From positions 1 through 64,000 of the IMG/VR virus record IMGVR_UViG_3300038299_000184: a DNA stretch of 64,000 nt, one strand, 5' to 3'. Shown here piece by piece: positions 34,471-45,158 of the stretch. This DNA comes from a virus. Within the stretch, counting starts at the first letter, position 1, and each line of letters begins with the position of its first letter. Made by a program: the position numbers and the translations under genes. Under the pieces are notes generated by a model that did not search any database, was not told the origin of the DNA, and was given only the letters and a program-made list of their open reading frames with translations.

Positions 34471-36537
34471 CTAAGCCGTTGGTTCTCCCTCTTCGGGTTC
34501 CTCGACAGGTGCTTCACCTTCTGGTACTTCCTCAGCACCTTCTGGTGCTTCGTCCACAGGGGCTTCCTCAGCACCTTCAAGATCATCCAAGCCTTCATCA
34601 CCACCGAATTCTGGGGTGCCGCCTTCTAGACCATCTCCCATGTCCCCACCAAGTGCTGAACCACCACCCATATCACCACCGACACCAGCTTCAGCAGCCG
34701 CATCAGCTCTGAACTCTGGACCATTTTCAAGAACTTGTGTAATTTCCCAAGTTTTCTTAGCTTCCATCTTTCTCCATGCAAGGTGTTTCTTGATATCGTC
34801 ATCGGACATACCGAGATGTTCCTTGGCTAATAGATACACTGAGAAGAACTGGCTTGAAGCCATGCTGTTAAAGTTGTTCCATTTAAGGTCAAACTGTTGC
34901 TGCTCTCTTAGTGCTAGGAAAGTTGTTGGTAGGCTGAATAATATTTCAATATCAAATTCTCTAATCTCATACTGATCCCAGTAACTTAAACCCAATTCAT
35001 GAAGTAACTTCTCGCGCTCCTCGGGTTTGCACGATGGACGTAGGTTGTTCTTATAATAATCGAGTTCAACCAATTGTAAGTGTTGTTCAAAAATGGTTAC
35101 ATTAGATGGTTTAAGTTGTGTACCATTCTTAGTGTTCTCTGTTACCAGACGCGATTTACAACTTTCATTGTGTAATTTAATACCTTTCAACTTCAAGTGT
35201 GTAATAACACATTTCTTAAGAGCAGATGCAAATCTCTTTTGTACTGCAATAACACGTTCAGCGAACGCAAGCTCTTGCATAGTGATAGTCTGGCCATCAG
35301 ATTGTGCAGAGTCTGGGTTGAGTCGTGTAATAGGCACATGCATATCTTCATACACTTTCTGGTGGAAGTAATCTAACATACCATTAAATCCGCTACCGAA
35401 AGCTTGACTACCTGCAACTCTGGTAACACTAGCACCCTTACCGTCTTTATCGATAGGCACATAAAAATCTTCAGTGATTGAGATAGGGTCGAACTTGTCA
35501 AGTATATTACCTTTACCATCTGTACCTTTTTTCTTCTTAATACCATTAATGAAGTTTCTCATATAGTTACCCTTATCAGAATTAGACATATCACCAGTAG
35601 GTATCTGCCATAATAACCTTTCGGGACCGTTAGCAACCGCATTCATAACAATAGCCTCCTCAATAAGTGATAACTTCTTCTGGGCATCTTGACCCTTAAC
35701 GATGTATGGTATAACGACTTGATGATTACCTAAAGCCTCGTAGTCACCACTATTACAATATGTAACTTGGGAACTAGCCATCGGGATAGCATCATAAGTA
35801 GCAGTAGATTGTTGCATACGGTTAGAACGCTCGGTATATTTATTAAAGTTGGAGTTACTAGGTTTACGAAGTACGAAAGCCTCAATTTCTTCGTTGAAGT
35901 GGTTTCTATAAATTGGTTCGATAGTCTCTGGTGGTATAGACTTAACCCCTAATATACCTAGCTCTGGTTGCAGTATGGAGAACACATTCTCGAATGCAAG
36001 CTCACCAGTGGTGAGAAATTCTTTAAAGTAGTTTTGCCCACGGTCATCAAACTTGAAATAGTCTAGTACTTTAGCGATCTCTTTGTTTACGATCTCTTTA
36101 ATCTCTTCGTCGTAGTCACCCTTCAGTTTACCCACAACAGGCTCTTGCTTATCATGTGAAGCCATACATGAGATAGCTAGTTCGTGAATACATGACTCAA
36201 GTTTCTCCTGTTTGGCTAAATCTCTATAGTCATTGGTTCTGGTGAATTTGTTATCAGCCAAGCTGAATTGTAGTTGTTCACGGAATGATGGACTAGCCCA
36301 GTGTCCTAAAATGCCACCCCCGCCGTTCTTATCAGTTATCCAATCTGGTTTGATTGTAGATACTGATAACCTATCAGTTTCGCGCTCTCTAGTGTCACCA
36401 ACCCTATTCATTACACTAGCTCGGTGTATAGCTTTGTTAAGCTCCAGCTCTTGCTCTGCTTTAAGATTTTGTGTGTCTAATTGGTTGTTAGGTTCCTCAC
36501 CTCTAAGCCAATTCATTGGATTTAACATATTTCCCAT
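34471..36537 (-). CDS. portal protein (T4 gp20-like)
   Basis: KLSLIEEAIVM...PER, EDFYVP, YF..K.Y...HVP.TRL, IT.QEL.F. Confidence 0.88.
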   Translation of the reverse strand: MGNMLNPMNWLRGEEPNNQLDTQNLKAEQELELNKAIHRASVMNRVGDTRERETDRLSVSTIKPDWITDKNGGGGILGHWASPSFREQLQFSLADNKFTRTNDYRDLAKQEKLESCIHELAISCMASHDKQEPVVGKLKGDYDEEIKEIVNKEIAKVLDYFKFDDRGQNYFKEFLTTGELAFENVFSILQPELGILGVKSIPPETIEPIYRNHFNEEIEAFVLRKPSNSNFNKYTERSNRMQQSTATYDAIPMASSQVTYCNSGDYEALGNHQVVIPYIVKGQDAQKKLSLIEEAIVMNAVANGPERLLWQIPTGDMSNSDKGNYMRNFINGIKKKKGTDGKGNILDKFDPISITEDFYVPIDKDGKGASVTRVAGSQAFGSGFNGMLDYFHQKVYEDMHVPITRLNPDSAQSDGQTITMQELAFAERVIAVQKRFASALKKCVITHLKLKGIKLHNESCKSRLVTENTKNGTQLKPSNVTIFEQHLQLVELDYYKNNLRPSCKPEEREKLLHELGLSYWDQYEIREFDIEILFSLPTTFLALREQQQFDLKWNNFNSMASSQFFSVYLLAKEHLGMSDDDIKKHLAWRKMEAKKTWEITQVLENGPEFRADAAAEAGVGGDMGGGSALGGDMGDGLEGGTPEFGGDEGLDDLEGAEEAPVDEAPEGAEEVPEGEAPVEEPEEGEPTA

Positions 36538-36591
36538 ATGCATAATTAGACTAAAGTGCGTAAAAGACAAGAACATTGCATAATTAAATAC

Positions 36592-37290
36592 ATGTCCAAC
36601 AAATACAAACTTCTTTACGGTAACGCAACTGAAGAAACATATAAGTCACTAGATGTCGTAACTGAGCAGTCTAACAAAGACCAACCCAAGGCAATGTACC
36701 TAGAAGGTGTGTATGGAGAGGCAGGGAAGCTCAACAAGAATGGTCGTGTTTATGACTTCGATGATGCTCTTAAGGATATCGATAGATATAACAACGAGAT
36801 TATCAAATCAAATCGTGCATATAACGAACTAAATCACCCATCTACGCCAGATATCGATCTAGAGAGAGCATGTGATAGAACTGTATCACTTAGAATGGAG
36901 AGTGATGGTACAATTATTGGTCGTTCTCTTGTTATGGATACACCAATGGGTAGAATCCAAAAGGCATTAATAGAGTCTGGTGGTTCTGTTGGTAAATCAT
37001 CCCGTGCTATGGGACAGATTGCTGAGAAGAACCATAGAGGTGACGCATGTAACTATGTTAATGGTGTTCACTACGTTTGTTTTGACTCTGTACAAGACCC
37101 TTCAGTGGGTCGTGCCCTGCCAGACGCCCTACTTGAACAACGAGAGTGGATCATTGGTGAAAACGGTGGATTCCTAGCACAACCACTCGACGATTTCCGT
37201 TCATCACTCGATAATATACCTAAAGTTAAAAGAGATATGTATATCGCTGAACAGTATATCAAGTTCATTAATGCTATTGGTAGAGTTTAA
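36592..37290 (+). CDS. prohead protease (T4 gp21-like)
   Basis: NKNGRVY, ELNHP, DTPMG, SSRAMG, D.VQDPS. Confidence 0.92.
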   Translation: MSNKYKLLYGNATEETYKSLDVVTEQSNKDQPKAMYLEGVYGEAGKLNKNGRVYDFDDALKDIDRYNNEIIKSNRAYNELNHPSTPDIDLERACDRTVSLRMESDGTIIGRSLVMDTPMGRIQKALIESGGSVGKSSRAMGQIAEKNHRGDACNYVNGVHYVCFDSVQDPSVGRALPDALLEQREWIIGENGGFLAQPLDDFRSSLDNIPKVKRDMYIAEQYIKFINAIGRV

Positions 37291-38378
37291 ATAATTTCTA
37301 AACAACTAAGACTGGTAGGTGTGCATCCTTCGAGCACATCACCAGTCTTAAATATACCACAATGGCGATTGACGACACCAATCTCTACATTAGCAGCACT
37401 TAATTCGTCAGGTATAGTTATAATCATCTGGGTGTCATCGATAACCTGCCAATCTTCGAGTACATAAGCTTGGAATTCTGGGAATTCTGCACTCAATGTT
37501 TCACTCAAACAGAACGGGTTCCATGCTGATGTAGGTATTGAATAACCATCACATGGTGTTAGGAATACCCCATCTAAATCTTCGAATATACTACCATCCA
37601 CAATAACACTCTTACCACCACTAACACAAGGTGGTTTAAATCCTTTGATTGTTGGTAGTCCATTAATTGTGTATGTGTCGGCAACAACCATTTCAGACGA
37701 ATCATCATCAAAGTGGCAATTCAAATCTTGATCTATACCGATATTGTATACTATCTTCTTGATGACACCATCTCTATTAGGTTGCTCTCTGAATATCCAA
37801 CTTTCAACAGTCATACCCATATCAGCGATATAACGAATTTTATCCTCTGAACTAGTGTCTTGGGGATATGTCGTGCTGAAGTTACCATCCCAAGTGACCT
37901 TAGATCTGATCTCTTTACCTGTGTATGGCTCTTTCCATGAGATGTATATATATGGATTGAATACACTAAGGTAGTGTGCAATTATCTCCTCCATATCACT
38001 ACCTTTAGTAGTAACAATCTTTATATTGAAATTTACATCAATTGGTGTTGGTTTGTAATACTTTATCAAACCATCCTCACCAGTGTATTGCTCACTATAC
38101 ATAGTCTCGCGCTTTCCTTCGTTACGATTCACGTTGAGGGACATGCCCGACATAGTGACTGATATGACAGGGAGTTGTATTTGTCCATTGATTTGTATAG
38201 CCTCATGGATCTGACGAGTTTTGTGGCCATACTTAAGAGGGACTGCAATAGTTTGTGCAATAGTATCACGTTTACCTTTATCAGTATAGTTGTACCTATT
38301 TATCTTAACGCCATTAAGTGCTGATAGGAGGTGGAGCTTAACATGGGTTATTTCTCCATTACTGGGTTGGTGATTCAT
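37287..38378 (-). CDS. tail sheath stabiliser / tail terminator (gp15-like)
   Basis: IAVPLKYG, LPVISV, PTPIDVNF, FNPY. Confidence 0.8.
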   Translation of the reverse strand: MNHQPSNGEITHVKLHLLSALNGVKINRYNYTDKGKRDTIAQTIAVPLKYGHKTRQIHEAIQINGQIQLPVISVTMSGMSLNVNRNEGKRETMYSEQYTGEDGLIKYYKPTPIDVNFNIKIVTTKGSDMEEIIAHYLSVFNPYIYISWKEPYTGKEIRSKVTWDGNFSTTYPQDTSSEDKIRYIADMGMTVESWIFREQPNRDGVIKKIVYNIGIDQDLNCHFDDDSSEMVVADTYTINGLPTIKGFKPPCVSGGKSVIVDGSIFEDLDGVFLTPCDGYSIPTSAWNPFCLSETLSAEFPEFQAYVLEDWQVIDDTQMIITIPDELSAANVEIGVVNRHCGIFKTGDVLEGCTPTSLSCLEII

Positions 38379-38410
38379 ACTTTTAATTATCTCGTCACTA
38401 ATTAATAACG

Positions 38411-39184
38411 ATGGCAACTCCTCAAACATTTAACCCACTAGATAGCAACTCCTCAACTCTTGGTAATAGTTTTGACCCATTAAAGGGGGTAGGTGGTAAT
38501 ACGAATGCGGTTCAAGCATTATTAGGTTGTGATCAAACCGTTGGGACTAGGGCTTTAATGGAGGGGTTAGCAAATGAGGCAAACGAACTTTATGGCTTGG
38601 ATCTATATTACTATCGCCAAGATTACAACCCTAAGCTTGCACACCCATTATACGGTGACCAAACAGCCCCATTCCTCGGACCTTATCTAATAAAGGCTTA
38701 TGTGAACGTGAACAGTGATACTAGTCTATTATCACAGTTTGGTATTGAAAGTACTAACGATATAGACTTACAGATATCATACGAAGAGTGGAATAGTGTA
38801 TTTGGTGTTGTATCACCACAGGCTGGTGACAAGTTCGAAATCAAAGATTTGCTATGTAATAGACCAAGTGGATTTGTTAGAGCAATCTTCCAAGTGGTGT
38901 CACAGGGTGACTCTGACTTGTTCGAAGCTTCCAAGCGTTGGTTTATATCTGGACAGAGAAGCGACTTTACATGGTTGCCTAATGAGCCTAAAGAAGAGGG
39001 TGGTCAAATGGTACACAGTGATAGTATTGCTGGTATGCTTGATACACTAACACAACTGGGTGAAGAGGGTAACAGTGATAAGAACGCTCTGGATAGAAGC
39101 GTTGATGATGTCGCAGCATCGGATCTGAAAAATCCTAATGATGATGTATACGGTGGATTCTATATCGATGAAAATGATTTATAA
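38411..39184 (+). CDS. neck protein (gp14-like)
   Basis: YGLDLYYY, LYGD, LLSQFGI, PQAGD. Confidence 0.8.
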   Translation: MATPQTFNPLDSNSSTLGNSFDPLKGVGGNTNAVQALLGCDQTVGTRALMEGLANEANELYGLDLYYYRQDYNPKLAHPLYGDQTAPFLGPYLIKAYVNVNSDTSLLSQFGIESTNDIDLQISYEEWNSVFGVVSPQAGDKFEIKDLLCNRPSGFVRAIFQVVSQGDSDLFEASKRWFISGQRSDFTWLPNEPKEEGGQMVHSDSIAGMLDTLTQLGEEGNSDKNALDRSVDDVAASDLKNPNDDVYGGFYIDENDL

Positions 39185-39592
39185 TCAATCCAAGGGCGAG
39201 GTTTTCATTATATGGGCTAAGGGCTTCCTAGAGGATTCTATAAACCCACCATCCATAGAACATATATCATCTATAACCCGTGGTGTATCGGGCGAGAAGT
39301 GGTCTACATAGTTAGGCTGTTTGACTAGGGCACTCCATATGATATTAGCCGCACTAGGCGTAGCTAAACGTTTCTCGTGCCACAGGTGCCACTTGATGTC
39401 TCTACAAATGAGGTGTCGCTTCCACTTGGGTAACACCATTTTAATAGTGGTCTTGACCATATCATTATACTCGGTGTTACTACACCCCAACTCTGGGTGG
39501 TCTTCATTCTGAATCAAATTTTCATCACAGAATTGGATCATGCTCTCCACAATCTCATCTATTATCTTTGATTTACACACCGTCTTAACCAC
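39185..39592 (-). CDS. hypothetical protein
   Basis: ORF track. Confidence 0.6.
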   Translation of the reverse strand: MVKTVCKSKIIDEIVESMIQFCDENLIQNEDHPELGCSNTEYNDMVKTTIKMVLPKWKRHLICRDIKWHLWHEKRLATPSAANIIWSALVKQPNYVDHFSPDTPRVIDDICSMDGGFIESSRKPLAHIMKTSPLD

Positions 39593-39645
39593 ACACTATC
39601 TTACATTAAAGGTTGTAAAAGTCAATACTATAAATAAATATTACC

Positions 39646-40080
39646 ATGGACGATTTAGGACACTGGACTACCGAGCTTGACATACCCGATTATTTCTTTG
39701 GATTTCTTTATAGGATTACTAACACCACTAATGGCAGGATGTATCTGGGCAAGAAGCAAGCCAAGACCATGAAGAAGTTTCCACCACTTAAGGGTAAGAA
39801 ACGTGCTAGGCGTATTGAGAAGGATACTGACTGGAAGAAATATACGGGTTCTAGTAACTACCTCAATGAGGACATTGAAAAGTTTGGTAAGGACAAGTTC
39901 TCATTTGAGATCGTTAGATTTGGTGATTCCAAATCTGAGTTAGCATATCTTGAGACATACTATATCATGGTACTACATGCAGTTATCAAAGAAGAATACT
40001 ACAATGGTATTGTGAACATTAGAATAGGTGGCAATTGTAAACTCAATATCGACGATATTGACAATCTACCGACAATCTGA
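39646..40080 (+). CDS. GIY-YIG (Seg-like) endonuclease
   Basis: GFLYRITN...MYLGKK, YTGSS, YYN. Confidence 0.85.
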   Translation: MDDLGHWTTELDIPDYFFGFLYRITNTTNGRMYLGKKQAKTMKKFPPLKGKKRARRIEKDTDWKKYTGSSNYLNEDIEKFGKDKFSFEIVRFGDSKSELAYLETYYIMVLHAVIKEEYYNGIVNIRIGGNCKLNIDDIDNLPTI

Positions 40081-40266
40081 TCATTTGCGTTGTTTCTTAC
40101 GCTTAGACCGTTTTTTCTTTTTGAACATAGGTTTAACTCTCCTAGCATCACCCCTTGCATATGAGTCATCGTTAGTACGACCATCTTCAATACGAGGACT
40201 ATTTTGACCACCTAATATAGCGGTGTCCATAATCTCATTAATCACCTTCTGAAATTTACTTTCCAT
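40081..40266 (-). CDS. small protein with basic tail
   Basis: TAATTA-N5-ATG; MESKFQKVINE. Confidence 0.6.
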   Translation of the reverse strand: MESKFQKVINEIMDTAILGGQNSPRIEDGRTNDDSYARGDARRVKPMFKKKKRSKRKKQRK

Positions 40267-40301
40267 GTGATTAATTAGTCCCTCGAAGTATAATTAAGTA
40301 C

Positions 40302-40625
40302 ATGTCTCAAGAACAGCCTCAAAGTACCAGACCAGAGCTAAATTGGTGGAGTAGGATTATACAAAACCAGTTGGCTACTATAATCGCACTTATATTCATG
40401 TGTGGTGGTCTATATGTTAAGATAGGTGTCATGGAGGAAAACCTTCATGAGATGAAGGAGGAGCTTAAACTTGTTAGACAGTTAGATAAAGCAAATGAAT
40501 TGTTAAAGATTCGGGTTAATAATCTGGAAGAGTTTAAAAGATCGGTTGAACAATGGAAAAGGGATGAGGCTATGAGGAAACTTGACGAGGCCCTTAGGGA
40601 AAATGGTGGGTCTAAAAACGAGTAG
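40302..40625 (+). CDS. membrane-anchored coiled-coil protein
   Basis: One TM followed by heptads. Confidence 0.6.
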   Translation: MSQEQPQSTRPELNWWSRIIQNQLATIIALIFMCGGLYVKIGVMEENLHEMKEELKLVRQLDKANELLKIRVNNLEEFKRSVEQWKRDEAMRKLDEALRENGGSKNE

Positions 40626-40682
40626 TTTTACTTATTTTACACATTTTATCATTTTTACACAACAACAGACCTAATTAAAAAC

Positions 40683-41561
40683 ATGGAAGATAAATTCTTT
40701 AAAGATGTATTTGGAGACCAAGAGGGTGTTCTAAGTGAAAGTGCTCAAGGATTGGTTCTTGAAGCATTCAATAAGAAGGTGGACGAATTAACAACTGAGC
40801 GAGTTGATTTAGCACTTGAAGCTCAAGATATCGAACATAAGGATATGCTTCAAATCATTGTTGAAAAATACCAGAACAAAATTGACACTGAGAAGGCACA
40901 ACTTACAGAACAGATCGATGAAGATCATGCTAAGGTGGTAGAGGAAACTTTCGCCAAGTTGGAGGCAGACCGTGTTAATAAAATGGTACAGGTTAAAGAC
41001 CACTACGAAACACAATTGAACGAAGGAGTTTCGACACATGTTTCCACTCTAGTAGAGGGTGTTGACGCTTACCTCAACTCATTCCTTGATAAACACATCC
41101 CAGCAGACATGATCAAAGAGTCTGCTAAGAAGGATTATAGCAAGGATCTTCTTAAGAAAATTTCAAAGATTGTTACCATCGACGAATCAGTATCCACGGA
41201 CATCCGTGAGGGTATGATCGATGCCAATAAAACAATCACAGAACAGAAGCAGGAAATCGAAGGTCTCAAACGTGAGAAACTTCTTTCCGAAAAACTTACC
41301 AACCTCCCGATCCTTGAACAACAGTTCATCCGTGAGAGCTTTAAAGGTAAAACTGTAGACCATATCGGAAGGAATTTCGATTTTGTTCGCACATTATTCT
41401 CTGAGGGCGTTGCTGCACAGCAGACTTCGTCCCAAAATGTTGATCGTCCAATTGAGGTAGTCCTAGAGTCTACTAAGGTTAGCGAAGAAGGAGAGGTCAC
41501 TATCAACCCTGCGATGGCGGGATGGGTAGATTCAGTCGCAAACACAGGAATTTACGACTAA
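40683..41561 (+). CDS. prohead core scaffold protein (gp22-like)
   Basis: Helical and acidic; LVEGVDAYL; directly upstream of the capsid gene. Confidence 0.8.
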   Translation: MEDKFFKDVFGDQEGVLSESAQGLVLEAFNKKVDELTTERVDLALEAQDIEHKDMLQIIVEKYQNKIDTEKAQLTEQIDEDHAKVVEETFAKLEADRVNKMVQVKDHYETQLNEGVSTHVSTLVEGVDAYLNSFLDKHIPADMIKESAKKDYSKDLLKKISKIVTIDESVSTDIREGMIDANKTITEQKQEIEGLKREKLLSEKLTNLPILEQQFIRESFKGKTVDHIGRNFDFVRTLFSEGVAAQQTSSQNVDRPIEVVLESTKVSEEGEVTINPAMAGWVDSVANTGIYD

Positions 41562-41596
41562 GTTAGATAATTACTAACAACTATAATATATTTATT

Positions 41597-43096
41597 ATGA
41601 AACACGAAACACAATACATCGAAGAAGGTCGCCAAGCGTCACTTCTCCAGCGTTGGAAGCCTCTCTTGGAAGCTAAGGATGGGCAACTTGCCCCACTTAA
41701 AACTAAGGCGAAAGCTACAATGACCGCTATACTGTTAGAAAACCAGTATAACTACATGAAGCAGAACCCAGAGGTTTACGGACGAGTTCCAGAACTTGCT
41801 ACCGAATCCCTTTCCACCCAAGGTGGTACATTCACTGGTTACGGTGACGGTACTACAATTTCACCTGTTAACGGTGATCTAGGTAATTCTGTAAACCCTA
41901 CTAACAACGACTTTTACGCTAAAGGTGACTCACGTCTCCCTAACGTAATCATGCCGATGATCCGTAGAACATTCCCAGAACTACTTGCAAACGAAATCGT
42001 TGGTGTTCAGCCAATGAGCGGTCCAGTAGGTATGGCTTTTGCTCTTCGTTTCAAGTATGACGGAGAAAACCTTGCTGACTTCACCCCAGACGGTGGTAAC
42101 ACTGCAAACGGCGCAGCACCAGCTACTCGTTCATTCGGACAAGAAGCAGGTTATAACTACCTTAACACACAACACACAGGTGTTTCAAGTGCTAATCTTG
42201 GTGGTGACCAGAACCCAGTTCTTAGTGCCGCAGCACCATTTGCAATCCCAGCGATTGACCAAGGTGTTGCTAACCTACTCAAGAACCTTGAGTGTTCTAC
42301 AGCTCTTCCACAAATGTCCATGGGCATTGAGAAGACAGCAGTTGAAGCTGGTTCACGTAAACTTGCTCTTAAGTACTCACTTGAGCTTGAGCAAGACCTT
42401 AAGAATATGCACGGTATCTCTGTGGATGACGAAATGACATCTATGATGTCTTACGAGATCCAAGCTGAAATTGACCGTGAGATTCTTATCCGTATGCTTA
42501 ACATCGCCCTAAACGGTGGTGCTGGTCGCGGTTGGTCTACATGGACACCTGCTAACGCAGATGGTCGTTGGAGCGCAGAGCGTGCGGTTAACCTCTGGCA
42601 GCACATCCGTGTGCAAGCTCGTTTAGTATCACTTCGTAACAGACGTGGTGCAGCTAACTTCGCAGTAGTTACTCCATATGCAGCAGCTATCCTCGAAACA
42701 CTCCCGAACTTCAAGAGTTTCACAGTTGACGGAAACGTTGATCAGCAGGTTGGTAACAGCCGTGCAGGTACTCTTGGAAACATCAAGGTGTTTGTTGATA
42801 CTCGTTCAGAGTCACAATACCAGTCTGGACATCGTGCAGACCGTGTTGACTACATTCTCCTTGGTTACAAAGGAACTGAAGCATGGGATTCTGGCCTAAT
42901 TTACCTACCATACATCCCAGTTATGGTGCAGCGTACAATGGGTCCAAACGACTTCTCACCACGTATTGGCCTTGCAACTCGTTATGCGATTGCAGCTAAC
43001 CTTCACGGTGCTGAGAACTACTACCACGTAATCATCCTTAAGGATCTTACGACTGAGTTCGACGTTGCTGCTTCTGATAAGAAGTTCATGTGGTAA
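41597..43096 (+). CDS. major capsid protein (T4 gp23-like)
   Basis: LLENQ, IVGVQPMSGPVG, SRKL, QDLKNMHG, EIDREI, YLPYIP, TRYA. Confidence 0.97.
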   Translation: MKHETQYIEEGRQASLLQRWKPLLEAKDGQLAPLKTKAKATMTAILLENQYNYMKQNPEVYGRVPELATESLSTQGGTFTGYGDGTTISPVNGDLGNSVNPTNNDFYAKGDSRLPNVIMPMIRRTFPELLANEIVGVQPMSGPVGMAFALRFKYDGENLADFTPDGGNTANGAAPATRSFGQEAGYNYLNTQHTGVSSANLGGDQNPVLSAAAPFAIPAIDQGVANLLKNLECSTALPQMSMGIEKTAVEAGSRKLALKYSLELEQDLKNMHGISVDDEMTSMMSYEIQAEIDREILIRMLNIALNGGAGRGWSTWTPANADGRWSAERAVNLWQHIRVQARLVSLRNRRGAANFAVVTPYAAAILETLPNFKSFTVDGNVDQQVGNSRAGTLGNIKVFVDTRSESQYQSGHRADRVDYILLGYKGTEAWDSGLIYLPYIPVMVQRTMGPNDFSPRIGLATRYAIAANLHGAENYYHVIILKDLTTEFDVAASDKKFMW

Positions 43097-43142
43097 GTTG
43101 ATAGACACCCAAGTGGTGTCACCAACAACACATAAAAATTTA

Positions 43143-43172
43143 AAGGCTAACACTTCGGTGTTAGCCTTTTTT
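43143..43172 (+). terminator. intrinsic terminator after capsid gene
   Basis: AAAGGCTAACAC-TTCG-GTGTTAGCCTTTTTT. Confidence 0.9.
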
Positions 43173-43202
43173 ATTGACTTATAAGGTATAAAATGTATAA
43201 TT

Positions 43203-44672
43203 ATGATTATGGCTCAACGAACATTAACAACAGAGGAATTTAATAGAAGGGTAATTAGTAAACATGGTGATAAATTTGATTTATCTAAAGTGACCTACAC
43301 AGGTATGAGAGAGTGTGTGGAGGTAACCTGTAATGGTTGTAAACATAATTATAATACTAAGGCTAGGGTGTTACTAGATTCTAATTGCCCACAGTGCGCT
43401 CGAAATAGCCTAAAGAGTAGAGGGGGTTTAGAACATTTTATAGATCGTTCCAAAACACAACATGGTGATAAATATGGTTATGGAAAAGTGGTGTATAAAA
43501 ATAACGCCACACCAGTGCTTATCACATGCCCACACCACGGTGATTTTACACAATTACCTACTGTGCATTACAGATCTGGGTGCCCTACCTGTGGTAGGGA
43601 TAAGAACTTTTATGGTAAGAAGAAATTTAGTGTTATAGCAACCGATTTACATAAAGGTAAATACACATATGATAATGTCGATTACATAGGGTCTACTACT
43701 AAGATCGATATAACCTGTGATAAGCACGGTGATTTCAAACAAATGCCCTGTAGACACCTACAGGGGGAGGGGTGTCCAAAGTGTGCTTGTAGTAATACTT
43801 CATCCAAAGGTCAATTAGAGATATTTGATTATATTAAATCTATTACAGATACACCAATAGAATTAAACGTGTCCAACCTAATAGGTAGGAAACATTTGGA
43901 TATTTATTTACCAGAACTGAAAATAGCAATCGAATACAATGGTATTTATTGGCACTCAGAAAATGGTGGGGCATCTAAAACTATGAACTATCATCTAGAT
44001 AAATATAAAGCGTGTGAAAAATTAGGTATTAGGTTGATACAGATTACAGATGCTGAGTGGGTTCAGAAATCTGATAAGTTGAAAGGTTTGATAAACACCA
44101 TGTTACGATTAAACACGGTAAATGTCTTTGCACGAAAAACAAAGGTTGTTGAATTAGATGCAGTGGTGTCCAAGAACTTCCAGAATAAATATCACCTACA
44201 AGGCTCCCATGGTGCAAGATATCATTACGGGTTGGAATTAGATGGTGAGGTTGTATGTGTCATGACATTTTCCAAATGTAGGTTTGGAAATAAGTATGAT
44301 TGGGAATTAGTTAGGTACGTGGTTAAGGACGGATACAGTGTGGTGGGTGGTGCTAGTAAATTATTTAAACACTTTATAAGATCGTATGAAGGAACCGTGG
44401 TGTCATATTCTGATAATAGGTTTTTCACTGGCGGTATGTATAGTAAGTTAGGGTTTGAATATTCGCATGAGTCGAAACCAAACTATCACTATTTTATGGG
44501 TTATAATTTACCTAAAGTAAAAATGGAATCCAGAAACAAATACCAGAAACATAAACTATCAAAAGTGTTAGAAACTTTTGACCCACAGCTATCAGAGAAG
44601 GTTAACATGTTTAATAACGGGTTTGATAGAATTTGGGATTGTGGTAATAAGGTATGGGTTTATACACCTTAA
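43203..44672 (+). CDS. Hef-like homing endonuclease (zinc-ribbon repeats plus PD-(D/E)xK domain)
   Basis: Repeated HG.KY.Y..V.Y...CP.HG.F; LDIYLPELKIAIEYNGIYWH; RIWDCG. Confidence 0.8.
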   Translation: MIMAQRTLTTEEFNRRVISKHGDKFDLSKVTYTGMRECVEVTCNGCKHNYNTKARVLLDSNCPQCARNSLKSRGGLEHFIDRSKTQHGDKYGYGKVVYKNNATPVLITCPHHGDFTQLPTVHYRSGCPTCGRDKNFYGKKKFSVIATDLHKGKYTYDNVDYIGSTTKIDITCDKHGDFKQMPCRHLQGEGCPKCACSNTSSKGQLEIFDYIKSITDTPIELNVSNLIGRKHLDIYLPELKIAIEYNGIYWHSENGGASKTMNYHLDKYKACEKLGIRLIQITDAEWVQKSDKLKGLINTMLRLNTVNVFARKTKVVELDAVVSKNFQNKYHLQGSHGARYHYGLELDGEVVCVMTFSKCRFGNKYDWELVRYVVKDGYSVVGGASKLFKHFIRSYEGTVVSYSDNRFFTGGMYSKLGFEYSHESKPNYHYFMGYNLPKVKMESRNKYQKHKLSKVLETFDPQLSEKVNMFNNGFDRIWDCGNKVWVYTP

Positions 44673-44711
44673 ATTATATTGCCTTTTTTAAAGGTGTGTA
44701 TAATTACATTT

Positions 44712-45158
44712 GTGAGATATAAAGAGTTTCAAACAAATTTAGTTAATGAATGTGATATAAGTGTATTCTCCTTTATGGGGGACACTATGACATTAGAGGA
44801 ATCACGAACATCGTGTATTGATATGTTGAACTCGCCTTATGTATTAGATCTTGTGGAAACCATTGACTTTGTTATAAAACCTTCTGAAACTATATCAGTA
44901 GTAACAGGTGATAAACGTAGAAAGAATGTAGGATCTACTAGCGAATGTATAATATTACCCAAAGGATATAGAAACAGTGCTATGCTGTGTCATGAGGTCG
45001 CCCACACACTAACTCTGGACAGCATGGAACGACCACCTGTCGCATTCCATGGACAGGAATTTTGTTATATTTACATAAACCTATTGAGAAGGTTTATGGG
45101 TGATGACTTTGCACAAACGCTTATTGACGAGTACGTGTTTCAAGGTGTAGAGTTTTAA
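44712..45158 (+). CDS. HExxH metallopeptidase-like protein
   Basis: LCHEVAH...HGQEF. Confidence 0.65.
   Translation: MRYKEFQTNLVNECDISVFSFMGDTMTLEESRTSCIDMLNSPYVLDLVETIDFVIKPSETISVVTGDKRRKNVGSTSECIILPKGYRNSAMLCHEVAHTLTLDSMERPPVAFHGQEFCYIYINLLRRFMGDDFAQTLIDEYVFQGVEF

Noticed and set aside
34479-36583. Plus-strand ORFs within the portal gene and similar nested antisense ORFs elsewhere
   Set aside because: They are shadows of well-supported genes, with no motifs or start signals.
36538-36591. Apparent overlap of portal and protease ORFs (also gp15/gp14)
   Set aside because: An artefact of longest-ORF starts. The motif-supported ATGs do not overlap.
41597-44672. Group I intron or intein in capsid, terminase or primase
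   Set aside because: These ORFs are uninterrupted. The endonuclease after gp23 lies beyond its terminator.
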